Shown here one piece after another: positions 1-14,027 of a stretch of 46,782 bases of DNA. The stretch covers positions 7,962,946-8,009,727 of the forward strand of contig NC_068996.1 in assembly GCF_001194135.2 (NCBI RefSeq), read 5' to 3'. Within the stretch, counting starts at the first letter, position 1; the number at the start of each line of letters is the position of its first letter. Source of the DNA: Octopus bimaculoides (Eukaryota). The position numbers were made by a program, and so were the translations under genes. The notes under the pieces are model-generated. The model was not told where the DNA came from. It ran no database searches and saw nothing but the letters and a program-made list of their open reading frames with translations.

Positions 1-202
1 TTTCGTGCGGGTGACACGTAAAAGCACCCACTACACTCTCTGAGTGGTTGGCGTTAGGAAGGGCATCCAGCTGTAGAAACTCTGCCAAATCAGACTGGAG
101 CCTGGTGTTGCCATCCGGTTTCACCAGTCCTCAGTCAAATCGTCCAACCCATGCTAGCATGGAAAGCGGACGTTAAACGATGATGATGATGATGATGATG
201 AT
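1..202 (+). mobile_element. SINE family A 3' part with (GAT)n tail
   Basis: GGCGTTAGGAAGGGCATCCAGCTGTAGAAAC...CCATGCTAGCATGGAAAGCGGACGTTAAAC(GAT)n. Near-identical copies recur through the window. Confidence 0.85.
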
Positions 203-553
203 AAAATTAGAGATATCACCGTAAATTTCACTTTGATTTAATGTAAACACTATTTGACTAATATATTTGACCTGGAATTTCAGCTGGCACGTATAGTTTT
301 CTTCTTAAAAACAAAACATGCCTGGACATACATTTGGGAGCCAGTATTCAAGGAGGTGCTTCCAGAGGACACAGCTCAGATTTTAATTTCTTTTATGTAC
401 TTATATACATATATGGCTGTGTGGTAGGAAGATTGCTCGGAGGTTCAGTTTCAACTCATGGCACCTTGGACAAGTGTCTTCTACTATAGCTTCGGGCTGA
501 CCAAAGGCTAGTGAGTGGGTTTGGTAGATGGAAACTGAAAGAAGCTTGTCGCA

Positions 554-595
<42 letters not shown>

Positions 596-1576
596 TATAT
601 GTTTTTGTCCCCAACCACTGCTTCACAACCAGTGTTAGTGTGTATACATTCCTGTAACTTAGCAGTATAGCAAAAGAGAATGATAGAATAAATACCAGGC
701 TTAAAGAAAAAAAAAAGTACTGGGGTCAATTCATTTGAGCAGAAATTCTCCAAGGAAGTGCTCCAGTATGGCTGCAGTCTAATGACTGAAACAAGTAAGA
801 GATGAACAATATATATTAGTGTTAATTTCCACTTAGACATATGTACTTTCAATTACTTTCTGCAAAATCCATTTGTAAGACTTTAGTTAGCCCAGGGCTG
901 TAAGAGAAGACACTTTTGGATGTAACACTTAACAAATTCTAAGTCCAATCATAATCTTTTGTCATCTCAATTGATGATACCATGGTTCTCAAGATCTAAC
1001 CCACACTCTTTACAATTAATATTGCGCTTTCTCTGCCATATATATGCTTGCATAGTTAACATGAGTAAATTTTTCTGCTTGATGTTTTCCCAATCCAACC
1101 ATACTTCAATTTAGTATATAAGAAAACAAGAACACATAAAATAATCATGCAATAAACAACAACAACAACAACAGTTGAATATATGATAGACTTTAATTTG
1201 GTGCATTTATTGAAAAAAAAAAAATAGTACAAAAAAATGGTCGGGAGATAGATACTATTATTAATTAAAGAAAAGATTGGAAAATCACATTTTAAAAAAT
1301 AAAAATAAAAATGTAGAAAAGTTTTCCAATAAATAATAAAAGAATTACAACTGGAAAATTTACATTCAGAATATAATAAAGAAACCCATGGGTGTTTTTT
1401 TTCTCTTTTCTAAAACTCATTTTTTTAATTAACTTGTTTATATATNNNNNNNNNNNNNNNNNNNNNNNNNNNNNNNNNNNNNNNNNNNNNNNNNNNNNNN
1501 NNNNNNNNNNNNNNNNNNNNNNNNNNNNNNNNNNNNNNNNNNNNNNNNNNNNNNNNNNNNNNNNNNNNNNNNNNNN

Positions 1577-1617
<41 letters not shown>

Positions 1618-2540
1618 TTCACACACACATACATACATACACACACACATATATATATATACAAGCATATATATGTATATATATATACATACATGTGTAT
1701 ATATATATATATGTGTGTACATACATGTTTGTATGTAAGAATGTATACATGAGTCTATGCATGTATGTATTTACATTCTCGGAATATAAAAGCTTTATCT
1801 TAGTAAAAATCTTTTATGTAAAACAAATGCCTTATTTTCAATTGTAAATTGTCTCACAAAGTTAATTTTCTTATGCAAAGAACAAATGGAAAAATATGTA
1901 TGTAAAACTGAAAAGAAATTTTATATGCATATATATTTTTACATACATGCATCTATATACATATATATTCATACACATAGAGGAACATATATTCACACAT
2001 GCACTCATACACACACACACACACACACACACACTATGTGTTCCAAAGATAAGGCAGTATTTAGGTTATAAGTTTTATATCCTGTTGGAGACCTGGTGTG
2101 TGTTGTGAGTGTATTAGTATGTGTATGTGTTTGAAGTACTTATTGTTTAACCAAAGGTCAACTACAAAAAAAGACATATGATCAAAATCATTCCAGCCAT
2201 GACCAAACCATCTTTTTAGTCATGTAAGGACTGCATCCTATAATGTATCCTTCCATTCTTTTTTTTTTTTTTCAAATGACAGGGTATGTTTTGAGGATGA
2301 TTTATTTATGTCAACCATATCAATTGACTATGTAGAGACTTCCTAAAGAAAAGGTGTGTATGTGTGTAGCAGTATATCTTATGTAAGATTGTGGTTTCGA
2401 TTCCAGGACTGAGTGATGTGTAGTATTCTTGAGCAAAACACTTCATTTCATGTTGCTCCAGTTCTCTCAGTTGGTAAAAATGAGTAATCCCGTAATGGAT
2501 TGTTGTCCCACCCAGGGAGGAATATATATGCCAGAGAAAC

Positions 2541-2690
2541 CAAGGCATGGGCAACCCTTTTTTAGAAGCAGGTCACATGAGACTGGCTTAACCTCAAGCA
2601 GTCTGCACTACTATAAAAAAAATTGAAGGTAATTTTTCATTAGATGTGCCATTCAGAAAGGGCCACAAACTGTAATTTGCTCCCAACTGT
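2541..2690. mobile_element. Short hAT-type MITE
   Basis: CAAGGCATGGGCAAC...TTGCTCCCAACTG ends. Internal GGTAATTTT..TTAGATGTGCCATTCAGAAA is shared with 35400-35533. Confidence 0.55.
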
Positions 2691-2702
2691 TCTATAAATT
2701 CT

Positions 2703-2936
2703 TATTTCTTTATTGCTCACAAGGGGCTAAACATAGAGGGGACAAACAAGGACAAACAAAGGGATTAAGTTGATTACATCGACATCAGTGCGTAACTGGT
2801 ACTTAATTTATCGACTCCGAAAAGATGAAAGGCAAAGTCGACCTCGGCGGAATTTGAACTCAGAATGTAACAGCAGACGAAATACCCGATCAGCATTTTG
2901 CCCGGCCTGCTAACGTTTCTGCCAGCTCGCCGCCTT
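2703..2936 (-). mobile_element. SINE family C (Nin/Deu-domain-like), full length with 17-bp TSD
   Basis: GAGGTCGACTTTGCCTTTCATC...GTCGATAAATTAAGTACCAG core. TSD ACTGTTCTATAAATTCT at 2686-2702 and 2937-2953. Confidence 0.85.
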
Positions 2937-4242
2937 ACTGTTCTATAAATTCTATGAGTTTAAAAGACACGGCTATGTTTTGGTCAGCTATTTCTCCATT
3001 CATCTTTTGAAGGTTACTCAAATGCCACCTATGTGTCTATAAAATGTATATACATTGATTCTCTGGGATATTGTTTGCTACAAAAAAAAAGAAAAAAAAG
3101 TGTCTTATAAGATGTCGAGTTTGGTATNNNNNNNNNNNNNNNNNNNNNNNNNNNNNNNNNNNNNNNNNNNNNNNNNNNNNNNNNNNNNNNNNNNNNNNNN
3201 NNNNNNNNNNNNNNNNNNNNNNNNNNNNNNNNNNNNNNNNNNNNNNNNNNNNNNNNNNNNNNNNNNNNNNNNNNNNNNNNNNNNNNNNNNNNNNNNNNNN
3301 NNNNNNNNNNNNNNNNNNNNNNNNNNNNNNNNNNNNNNNNNNNNNNNNNNNNNNNNNNNNNNNNNNNNNNNNNNNNNNNNNNNNNNNNNNNNNNNNNNNN
3401 NNNNNNNNNNNNNNNNNNNNNNNNNNNNNNNNNNNNNNNNNNNNNNNNNNNNNNNNNNNNNNNNNNNNNNNNNNNNNNNNNNNNNNNNNNNNNNNNNNNN
3501 NNNNNNNNNNNNNNNNNNNNNNNNNNNNNNNNNNNNNNNNNNNNNNNNNNNNNNNNNNNNNNNNNNNNNNNNNNNNNNNNNNNNNNNNNNNNNNNNNNNN
3601 NNNNNNNNNNNNNNNNNNNNNNNNNNNNNNNNNNNNNNNNNNNNNNNNNNNNNNNNNNNNNNNNNNNNNNNNNNNNNNNNNNNNNNNNNNNNNNNNNNNN
3701 NNNNNNNNNNNNNNNNNNNNNNNNNNNNNNNNNNNNNNNNNNNNNNNNNNNNNNNNNNNNNNNNNNNNNNNNNNNNNNNNNNNNNNNNNNNNNNNNNNNN
3801 NNNNNNNNNNNNNNNNNNNNNNNNNNNNNNNNNNNNNNNNNNNNNNNNNNNNNNNNNNNNNNNNNNNNNNNNNNNNNNNNNNNNNNNNNNNNNNNNNNNN
3901 NNNNNNNNNNNNNNNNNNNNNNNNNNNNNNNNNNNNNNNNNNNNNNNNNNNNNNNNNNNNNNNNNNNNNNNNNNNNNNNNNNNNNNNNNNNNNNNNNNNC
4001 CCAAATAATTGAAGCACTTTTAAAAACATGTAAAAAAATTTTTTTTTCATAAATTTATGATTTTTGTTTTAAAATTCATTTTATTATTATTATTAAAAAA
4101 TTTTTTTTTTTCCAAATACATCCTGTTGTACTTGTGTTCAATTTGATTCCTTTTGGCTTATTATGAGTAACATTTCCACACTTATGATACATATACAGAT
4201 ACACATACATGTATATATATATGTATATATATATTTGATCAT

Positions 4243-4586
4243 GATCGTTACCAGTGTTGCCTTACTGGCACCTGTGCTGGTGGCACATGAAAAAACATTC
4301 GAGCGAGATCGTTGCCAGTGCCGCTAGACTGGCTCTTGTGCAGGTGGCACGTAAAATACACCATTTTGAGCATGGCCGTTGCCAGTACCACCTGACTGGC
4401 CTTCGTGCCGGTGGCATGTAAAAGCACCCACTACACTCTCTGAGTGGTTGGCGTTAGGAAGGGCATCCAGCTGTAGAAACTCTGCCAGATCAGATTGGAG
4501 CCTGGTGTAGCCATCTGGTTCACCAGTCCTCAGTCAAATTGTCCAACCCATGCTAGCATGGAAGGTAGGCGTTAAACGATGATGAT
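4243..4586 (+). mobile_element. SINE family A with ~65-bp internal tandem units
   Basis: Three divergent units followed by the family A core and tail. Confidence 0.85.
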
Positions 4587-5321
4587 ATATATATATATCT
4601 ATATATCTATGCGTGTGTGTAAATATATATATATATATACACACACACACCCACGTATCTTCCAGGTGGTAAAGGCAGAATTATTTTTCCAGAACAAGGT
4701 ACTACTGCAGCTCAAGAAAGATCCTCCCAAAGAAGGAATTATTAGAATTGTTTGCATATGGGAATTTTAACTCTATAGTATTTCATGACATAATATTAAC
4801 AATAAAATAGATATATATTATATTTTATTCATTTTGATGTTAATCATTTTTATTCAAAGGACAAAAAAAAAAGGAAGAAAAATAGAAAAAAAGAAAAGTA
4901 TCAAATTTTGGCACAAGGCCAGCAATTGGGTAAGGAGGCAGGTTGATTACATTGACCCCATTGTTCAACCAGTACCTATTTTATAAACCCTAGAAGGATG
5001 AAAAGCAAAGTTGACCGCAAAGTAATTTGAACTCAGAATGTAAAGACAGACGAAATGCTACAAAGCATTTTGTCTGGCATGCTAATGATTCTGCAAGCTT
5101 GCCATAATAATAATTCTCTCTAATATAAGGCCTGAAATTTGTGGGGAAGAGGGCTAATCAATTACACCAACCCCAGTGCGTAACTGGTACTTATTTTATC
5201 GACCCTGAAAGGATGAAAGGTAAAGTCGACCTCAGCGGAATTTGAACTCAGAATGTAGCAGCAGATGAAATACTGCTAAGCATTTTTCCCAACGTGCTAA
5301 CGATTCTGCCAGCTCACGGCC

Positions 5322-5358
<37 letters not shown>

Positions 5359-5847
5359 TACTTTCTTTATTTACCACTAAAGGTTTACAAAAATTGCTAG
5401 GGATGGTACTGGACAATACAATGTGGGGTTACATAAAGAATCATGTACAAAATAGAAAAATGGTGAGAAAAGAAATTCTAACAATTAATACTTCCCCAAA
5501 AGAGAGAGACTTCCTTGGGCTGCTCATGAAAACCCTACAAAATCCCACTAGGCCAAGTTCCCTCTCCACATCATTTTCTTTCAGTTTACAGGCACATGGT
5601 TAAAGTAGGCTTGTTCACTTGGACTATTCCTGCCACATTCGCCTACCTTTCACCAAAATTGCTGGGAGGCAGCATTTCCTTTTCTACCTTCACTTTCCTC
5701 TTCATGTGAAAAAGCTGATGAGGACTTGGCCAAAGAGGAAAGTATTTGTCTTCAGCCCTTTCAATCTGGTTCACCACACAACCTCTTTCACTAAGGCTAC
5801 CAGACAAATAAACACTGTCTTCTCAACAAAAGGGAATAATAATAATG

Positions 5848-5914
<67 letters not shown>

Positions 5915-6119
5915 ATGAGAAAAGAAACAAGCTTGAATTTAGAAATTTATAAAAAGTATAAATATTAGAAATATATTTTTCAGTCACGCTGAATAGAAAA
6001 ACAAAATGTAAACAGAAATAGTTACAATCACAATAATTTTAAACATTATTTACTACTTAGTAAGGAAACCTGTAATTAAATTAGGAAGCAACAGCAATGT
6101 CATTAGATGGAAAACTGAG

Positions 6120-6198
<79 letters not shown>

Positions 6199-6571
6199 NN
6201 NNNNNNNNNNNNNNNNNNNNNNNNNNNNNNNNNNNNNNNNNNNNNNNNNNNNNNNNNNNNNNNNNNNNNNNNNNNNNNNNNNNNNNNNNNNNNNNNNNNN
6301 NNNNNNNNNNNNNNNNNNNNNNNNNNNNNNNNNNNNNNNNNNNNNNNNNNNNNNNNNNNNNNNNNNNNNNNNNNNNNNNNNNNNNNNNNNNNNNNNNNNN
6401 NNNNNNNNNNNNNNNNNNNNNNNNNNNNNNNNNNNNNNNNNNNNNNNNNNNNNNNNNNNNNNNNNNNNNNNNNNNNNNNNNNNNNNNNNNNNNNNNNNNN
6501 NNNNNNNNNNNNNNNNNNNNNNNNNNNNNNNNNNNNNNNNNNNNNNNNNNNNNNNNNNNNNNNNNNNNNNN

Positions 6572-6609
<38 letters not shown>

Positions 6610-7617
6610 CACATACATATACACACATATATATACACACACACACACATACATATAGTTTAAATTTAATTTTGTTTTATATCTTTAGGTTCAAAACCGT
6701 AATAATGCTCATAAAAATATATCAGAAGTGTGTAGAACCTGATATATGTTGTTGATTTCTGTGAAGGAGAAAGAAATCCCTGTTTTAATTCACATAAATA
6801 CATGCATAGACACACTCACACACACACACACATGTGTATGTATTGGGTTGTCATGTAAATTCATTTTCTTCCAGATAAATTTTATTTGAATGAACACAAA
6901 AAATATTTTTTGATTATAGTGTTTCATGCTGTTTTAAATAAATTTTACCTCTTTTCAGACACATGATGATTGAATGCCAAGTAGAAAATAAACAAAAAGC
7001 AAAAAGCAATTTAATTTATTTGATAATACAATACATACACATACAGGTATGTATGTATGTATGCATGTATGTATGTATGTATGTATGTATGAATGTAAGT
7101 ATATACACACACATAAAACAAATGTGGTGATGGAAGATTCCCCACCTTTATCAAGCTTTATTATATATTATATATAATGTATAATGGTGTGGTTGGGAGG
7201 AGGTACAAGAGCAAAGTGTGGAAGACATAAATACTGAATGATCGATCATTCAATAACAAGTTTGTTTTGCAATCATGTGGTTCTGAGTTTGATTCCACAG
7301 CACAAAACTTAGGTCAAGTATCTTTTACCAAAGCCTTGTGTATAATATTGGGTAGATAGAACCTGCAACAAGCCTGTTGTATGGATTGCATCCATGTTCA
7401 GGTGGTAGATTTATGCCATTGCTCTGCTTTATACCTCCTTATGGATCTTGGATACCACTAACATATTCTGAGTTGCAAGCATTCAGGCCAGGTCTATAGT
7501 CCAGTGATAATTCATGAGTCATGGTTTCTTCCCCACCACCCTACCATGAATCTTAGGGACAAAGGCCAAAGATGAATGGCACTGCTATTCATCTTCGGCT
7601 TTTTAAAAAAAAAAATT

Positions 7618-8017
7618 AGGAGTGGCTGTGTGGTAAGTAGCTTGCTTACCAACGACATGGTCCTGGGTTCATTCCCACTGCGTGGTACCTTGGGCAAGTG
7701 TCTTCTACTATAGCCTCGGGCCAACCAAAGCCTTGTGAGTGGATTTGGAAGACGGAAACTGAAAGAAGACCGTCGTATATATGTATATGTATATATGTAT
7801 GTATGTTTGTGTATCTGTGTTTGTCCCCCTAGCATTGCTTGATAACCGATGCTGGTGTGTTTACATCCCTGTAACTTAGCAGTTTGGCAAAAGAGACAGA
7901 TAGAATAAGTACTAGGCTTACAAAGAATAAATCCTAGGGTCGATTTGCTCGACTAAAGGCAGTGCTCCAGCATGGCCGCAGACAAATGACTGAAACAGGT
8001 AAAAGAGTAAAAGAGTA
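7618..8017 (+). mobile_element. tRNA-derived SINE family B with internal TA/TG microsatellite
   Basis: Head with A/B-box-like GTGGTAAG...GGTTCATTCCC, then CACCTTGGGCAAGTGTCTT core, internal microsatellite, and AAAAGAGT tail repeat. Confidence 0.85.
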
Positions 8018-8454
8018 TACCTTAGTCAAAGTAATGCCAACTCTGCATAGTTGATGAAATATATCATAATATCAGATTTTTGGATAAAAGGGTTGAAAAA
8101 ATACGTCAATATGTTGCCACAAGAACAAATCATACTTGATGACTTATAGTAGCGAAATAAATTTTTATTGATTTACAGGAAGTATGCAACAACTCATATA
8201 ACATACATAAGTGTACATATGATATCATAATGCTATATGTCATACTAAGAATTCAACCAGGTCCCATCACACTTTCAACACACAAACTGATTATTGTTGA
8301 AAAAGTATCATTCACTTTTTTCAGTGGGAGTGTGAAATTCAGAAAAGAATGTTTACGTAGTTAGCTTAAAATTTAAGTCTGTGCCTGAGTCAATATCAAA
8401 TTTTAATCACCAAAGATATGTGAGTGTGTGTATGTATACTCATAAACATGCACT

Positions 8455-8502
<48 letters not shown>

Positions 8503-9399
8503 TTTATTGTTTCCTTATTTCACTTATTGGACTGTGGCCATGCTGGGGCACAGCCTTAAGTATGTGTGTGTGTATAAACAGAATGCATTCTAAATTATCC
8601 AGATGGCAAAAACTGGCCAAAATCTATCAAAGTTATACAATATATACATATGATATCTCTCTATGTAAGTTTGTGTGTGTGCATGTGTGTGTATATATAT
8701 ATATATACACACACACATACATATATATATGAAAGATATTTTATCCATCAAACTTTGCAATGATCTAGCAGAGAAAAAAATACAAACAAAAATTATAATT
8801 TACTATGATTGAGGTGAGGTTGTTGAATTATCAAATTAAATTATCAAAAAATAAATAAAATAAAATAGAATAAAATACAAGAGTCCATATGTTGGAGTTA
8901 ACATGGAGATGAAATCCACATCAGCTAGATTTGAATTTATCAGATTAATTTTAGAATACAACAATGAATCCTGATAAAACTTTTAAAGCAAGTTAAGCAT
9001 CATTTTCAAGAGTAGAGTGGCAAATGTGAATTGTCCAGCAGTGTTTACAATAGAAAGGATGGTTGAAGATAGAATAGAAGGGGAGGTTAAGAGGCTAGAT
9101 ATCATGAAGATATGACTTTACAAAGATCAGATAAAAAGATGATGAAGCTAACAGCTGTCTAAAGAAATGGTATTGTTGGTTCAATCTAGTGGGAAGGGGA
9201 AAAGCAGTAGTTCCCAGATGAAGCAGTTAATTGCAGAGGCAATAGACAGAGAGACAGGAAAAATCAAGCTCTTTGGTAAGGACTTGGAAGTAGTAGTAGA
9301 AGAAATTACAGTGAGTAAAAGAGAATTTTAGCTACTAAGATGATAGGAAATTATCATTTAACATGATGAGCAAAGGACCTATAAGATTTGTCTGCAAGC

Positions 9400-11800
9400 A
9401 AAGATTATATAAGAGAATCAGTTATGTAAACAGGTCTCATTTTGGTGTAATATAGTAATTCCTGACAACATAGTTTACAAATGTGATGATTTGCATTATA
9501 GGGGGTTTCACCACAGATTATAGCCAGGATACAGTATAAGGTGTATATTGGGTCGAGGCAGTGTATATAGGTGGCTAAGGAAGTAAATTGTTTAGAAGCC
9601 CTATTTGAGAAGGAGCCTAGGTGAGTATGGTAGTATTGTATGAAGTCAACTGTACTCCCAATGTAGAGCCTAGCCTGGTGGGGATGTGGAATTGTAACCA
9701 TACATTTATATACAACATTATAGCATAAGCAATTCCCCTTTAAAGGACAGAGTTGGGAAACTTGGACATTACAGGTTTTCTTACTGCTAATAAGAAAACC
9801 TGTATCCTATCATGGCCAATATTATTATTTATCCTACAGGTAGAAACAGGGGAATTAGTGTCACTACCATTAAGGTGGAAAGGGTATTTACGATCAGGGA
9901 GAGGTAAGATGAGTTCATAATAGTTGTTAGTAGGTGGGTCTAATCCATAAAAGTTGTGGATGGTTTTATTTCAGAGCTGAGGCTATGCATACAAGGAAAA
10001 ATCTATACTTTGAAAGTCAGTAGAGGAATCTATCATATTAGAAGTATTGCTAGATAATGTAGTTGTGGTAGGGTGTGTTGACATCGAGCATGGGTTTAAA
10101 TTGTCTCCAGGAATATAAGAGACAAGGGCATGGTGTTTCGTATTTGCCTCACTGTAGTTATTGGTGTTAATGCTGTTAAGCCTGTTAATTACAAGTTCGG
10201 GGTTGTGGAGGACAAAACTTTAATTAAAAATGGAGTAGTATTTATACTGGGGTAGGAAACTGGAGTTGAGGATTTTGCAGAAGAGCTTTGGTATAGATTT
10301 GAAAGGAAAACAAGGGTGCAAACTATAAGATCTCCCATTTTCTACCTCTGGAGGCATGAGGACTATGCATGGGATTGCGCTAGCTAGCTAGTGGTGGACA
10401 AAAGTTTTTCCACCCCAAGGTTAACTGGGTTACTGGTCTAGCATATAAAGTGTCAGTAGTGTGTGGGGGGGGGGGCTTACTGGTGGGAGCTAGCAAGTTG
10501 AGGGGTAAGGGTAGGTTTTGGGGGTAGGCTTACAATTGCTACAAGGATTTAGAGGTTTTGGGGATATAGGATATCCTCTCAGGGAAGCCGATATTGCAGG
10601 GGCCTGGTTATAGTACAGGGCATGATTATCCATGATATCTTGATTGGCAGATATGTTACAATTCTTAGTAGAAATTCCATAGCAATGCTATTTAAAACGG
10701 ATTTAAGATGATTAGATTGGACTTTGAATGAAAGGATTCATTGGGTTTAAGGTAAGGGTAGTAAAGGCAAGAGTCTAAGTCAAGGATAATGTCCAAGAAG
10801 TTAGCTAATTTAGTGCAAAAGAGATGGAGAGGTCATAGTTTTTAAAGAACTTGTAGATGGCTTTCTAGATATGCTCAATGGATAGCCTTGGCATCTGCAT
10901 GACTGCAAGAAGAGCATCATCACTGTATTGACACCTCAAAGAGGCCAGTAATTTGGGTAGAGTCTGAGGAGCTCATGGTGATATCAAAGTAATTGATGGT
11001 GGAATTTTAATAGCAGAATTTGTTGCTAACAGCGAGGAATGTTTCTCTAGCCATTAAGATGATGTTGCTGGCCATCCAAGAAAGGGATGAAAATTTTCAA
11101 GTGAGTAAATATTCGATTTGTTAAGGAGATGATGTTGTCAGTACTATTCAAAGCGAGAGTCTAATGATTTGTTTTTTTTTTGTTTTTTACTATAAAGATA
11201 ATCCAGTATATTATGCATTTACTAATGCAACTCAGATTAGATTTAGTAGGACAAATAAGCCTTAAAAAAGGTTTAATAGAGAAACCTGGCTTATGGTCTT
11301 TCAGAGTGAAGCATGTGTGTGTGTGTGTGGGTAGGGGGAGGTGAGTCAAGAGGTGTAGGGTTCAGATTGATCATATAATCCATGGTCTCCAATCAACTCT
11401 AGTGTTGGTCATTGATATTTTTCAGAACATTCTGATTAGCATGTTAATAATTCCTACTTAATTCCTTAGAAAAGAAGTTGGTGAACATATTGATCAGGAA
11501 AGTATACAAGTTCCTGATTATGTCAGATAAAAAACAATTTAAAAAAACAAACATACCTATGCAGGGATTTTTTAATTGTGGAGAAGTCTTTCTGGAAGGA
11601 TTTTGTTATATTCAAGAATTTCATATTCTTGACCATTTGTAGAAAATCTGTTTCAAATTTATCCAGTGAGGGGCTACAAGGTGGGTTCTTGTAAGTTTTT
11701 AAAGTAATTCTTATCCTTGGAGATGTGAGAAGGGTTCTATTTGTTGCCATAGAAGATCCCCCTTTTATTTTACTATTTTGCTCTGCTTCCTCCAACCTTT
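9400..11800 (-). mobile_element. Decayed Penelope-like retroelement (RT + GIY-YIG endonuclease)
   Basis: Colinear degenerate motifs on the minus strand: KNPPCSPSLDKFETDFLQMVKNMKF (11523-11795 ORF), TLKDHKPGF...RLICPTKSNL (11161-11349), FDITMSSSD (~10988-10962), YSDDAL (~10928-10911, frameshifted), YPYLKPN (~10760), YIGSTVDF...HLGSF...CKLC (9405-9701). Many stops and frameshifts. Confidence 0.85.
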
Positions 11801-12727
11801 CTTAGTTCTGCCTTTAAATCCTTATATTTGTAAACCCTGCTAGACAATTAGCAATTGCCACTCTGCTCTTGAAAAAGGACTTCAATGATTTCTTCATGAT
11901 GTCATAGCATAGGTGTGAGTTCAGCACAGCTATGACACTATGTACATATATTACTTAAGAACATGGATATTAAATAAGTCATCTCGAAACAGCAGTCGTG
12001 ATAAGACTTTACTTAATTCTTCTGTTTCCTTTTTCTTTATTCTGCAATCTCTATTCTGTGCTCCATGTAAATATACATCTCAAGCCTAACTGCATTTATC
12101 TACTTCACTGCCTCTTTCTGTCTGCCTGTCTCTCTTCCTATATATTAGTGCCTATAGTTACTTCCATACAAGGGTATTTGGACACAATGAACTTCAAAGC
12201 ACGTTCATCATATACAGTGAAATATAATACAGAACCAACTGTAGGCATTAAGCCATACAAGCACAACAACGACTTTTCAGATATTAATGGCCTGGAACTG
12301 CTTATAATCCACACTAATTTACAAACAGGATTTCAAACTCTTGCGCAATCCTGAATAGATTACTGGTACCTTGCACAGTACAGTATTAATAAGCTTGTAT
12401 TGTTTATACTAATGTACAGGTACATGTATTTTATCTAATTCATCATCATCATCATTGTTCATTTGCTTTCCATGCTGGCATGGGTTGGATGGCTTGACAT
12501 GAAGCTGTCCAGACACCAACTGTTTGTTGTGGCATGGTTTCTACAGCTGGATGCTGTTCCTAACTCCACTTAATTACTTAAATGAATTTAATATTTGTTT
12601 AATTTATCGACCGAAGTAACTGCCTCTGATTCAGGAAAAAAAAATCATTAAGCTAGGAAGACTTTAGAACTGAAACATCCAGAAAAAAATCGATTTTTAT
12701 ACCTGTATATGTGTGTATGTATATGTA

Positions 12728-12798
<71 letters not shown>

Positions 12799-13052
12799 TC
12801 ATATACATACATACATACATACATACATACATGCACACACACACATATATATATAAAAACCTCAAATTTGTGGGGAGGGGACCAGTTGATTACATCAACT
12901 CCAGTGTTTCACTGGTACTTAATTTATCGACCCCCGAAAGGATGAAAAGCAAAGCTGACCTTGCTGGAATCTGAACTCAGGACATAGCGGCAGACGAAAT
13001 ACTGCTAAGCATTTCACCCGGCATGCTAACAATTCTGCCAGCTCACCGCCTA

Positions 13053-13094
<42 letters not shown>

Positions 13095-13096
<2 letters not shown>

Positions 13097-13300
13097 TAAT
13101 CATCCATGAGTAGAATATATAAATATTTCAATCCGTCAATATGCACATTTCCACAAATCATGTTTCTTATGATAATAGTTTGTATTCCTGGGATGATTAT
13201 TGTATTGTAATCATTCCAGGAATATGGACTACGATTGTAAGAAATGTGCATTAAAATATTTATAAATTTCATCCATGAATTATTATTATTATTATTATTA
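13095..13300. mobile_element. Palindromic (fold-back) element between (AAT)n and (TTA)n
   Basis: Inner arms TATTCCTGGGATGATTA / TAATCATTCCAGGAATA (16/17) with further outer paired segments. Confidence 0.6.
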
Positions 13301-13511
13301 CTATATTTATCCAACAATATATTGGCACAGTTCAGTACAGCTCCATTAAACTGCTATTGCCAGTTGGTATCATTAGGTTGTAGCTGACATAATAGAATAA
13401 AAGGTTTTATATGTGTACTAAAAAAAGTTTCCTGTAAACAAACTTAAAGGCTATATATATATACTCTAACCCATGCCAGCATGGAAGGCAGACATTAAAT
13501 GATGATGATGA

Positions 13512-13552
<41 letters not shown>

Positions 13553-14021
13553 CATACATGTATATGTATATATATACATATACATATACATGTATATGTA
13601 TGTGTATATATATATATGTATATGCATATACACACGCACATATATACATATACATACACTATACCCTACTAGACTGTTTGATAGGATGTACTGAGTACAT
13701 TGAAGTCTGATGTACAAAAAAATAAAGTATAATATACAAAAAGCAGTGTTTAATCACACTCACAATATATATANNNNNNNNNNTATATGATGATATATTT
13801 GCATATATCTATATATATAAATATATATGTCTGTGAAATCAATCTTTAATCATTCTGCAAGAATATATCAATATATCACAATATATATATATATACATAT
13901 ATCCAAATTTGTCAATATATAAACATATACATATCAACCAAATGTGACAATATTTACAAAATCTTGTATCACACCAGCTTACTTTAACAACCACATTTTG
14001 CAACAATTTAAAGCAGTAATT

Positions 14022-14027
14022 TTTATT
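14022..14027 (-). promoter_or_regulatory. Candidate polyadenylation signal AATAAA for SRA1
   Basis: AATAAA on the minus strand about 125 nt after the stop codon. The region is AT-rich, so a chance match is possible. Confidence 0.4.

Noticed and set aside
4243-4440. Spaced palindromic repeats as a CRISPR-like array
   Set aside because: Eukaryotic context, units are tandem without unique spacers, no cas genes, and the array is an integral part of a dispersed SINE.
5715-5745. CTGATGAG...GAAA resembling a hammerhead core
   Set aside because: No stem II closes next to GAAA and no stem I or cleavage triplet pairing is present.
7565-7599. 35-nt hairpin followed by a T-run (terminator-like)
   Set aside because: Intrinsic terminators are irrelevant in this nuclear context. 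It is a single occurrence without Helitron end motifs.
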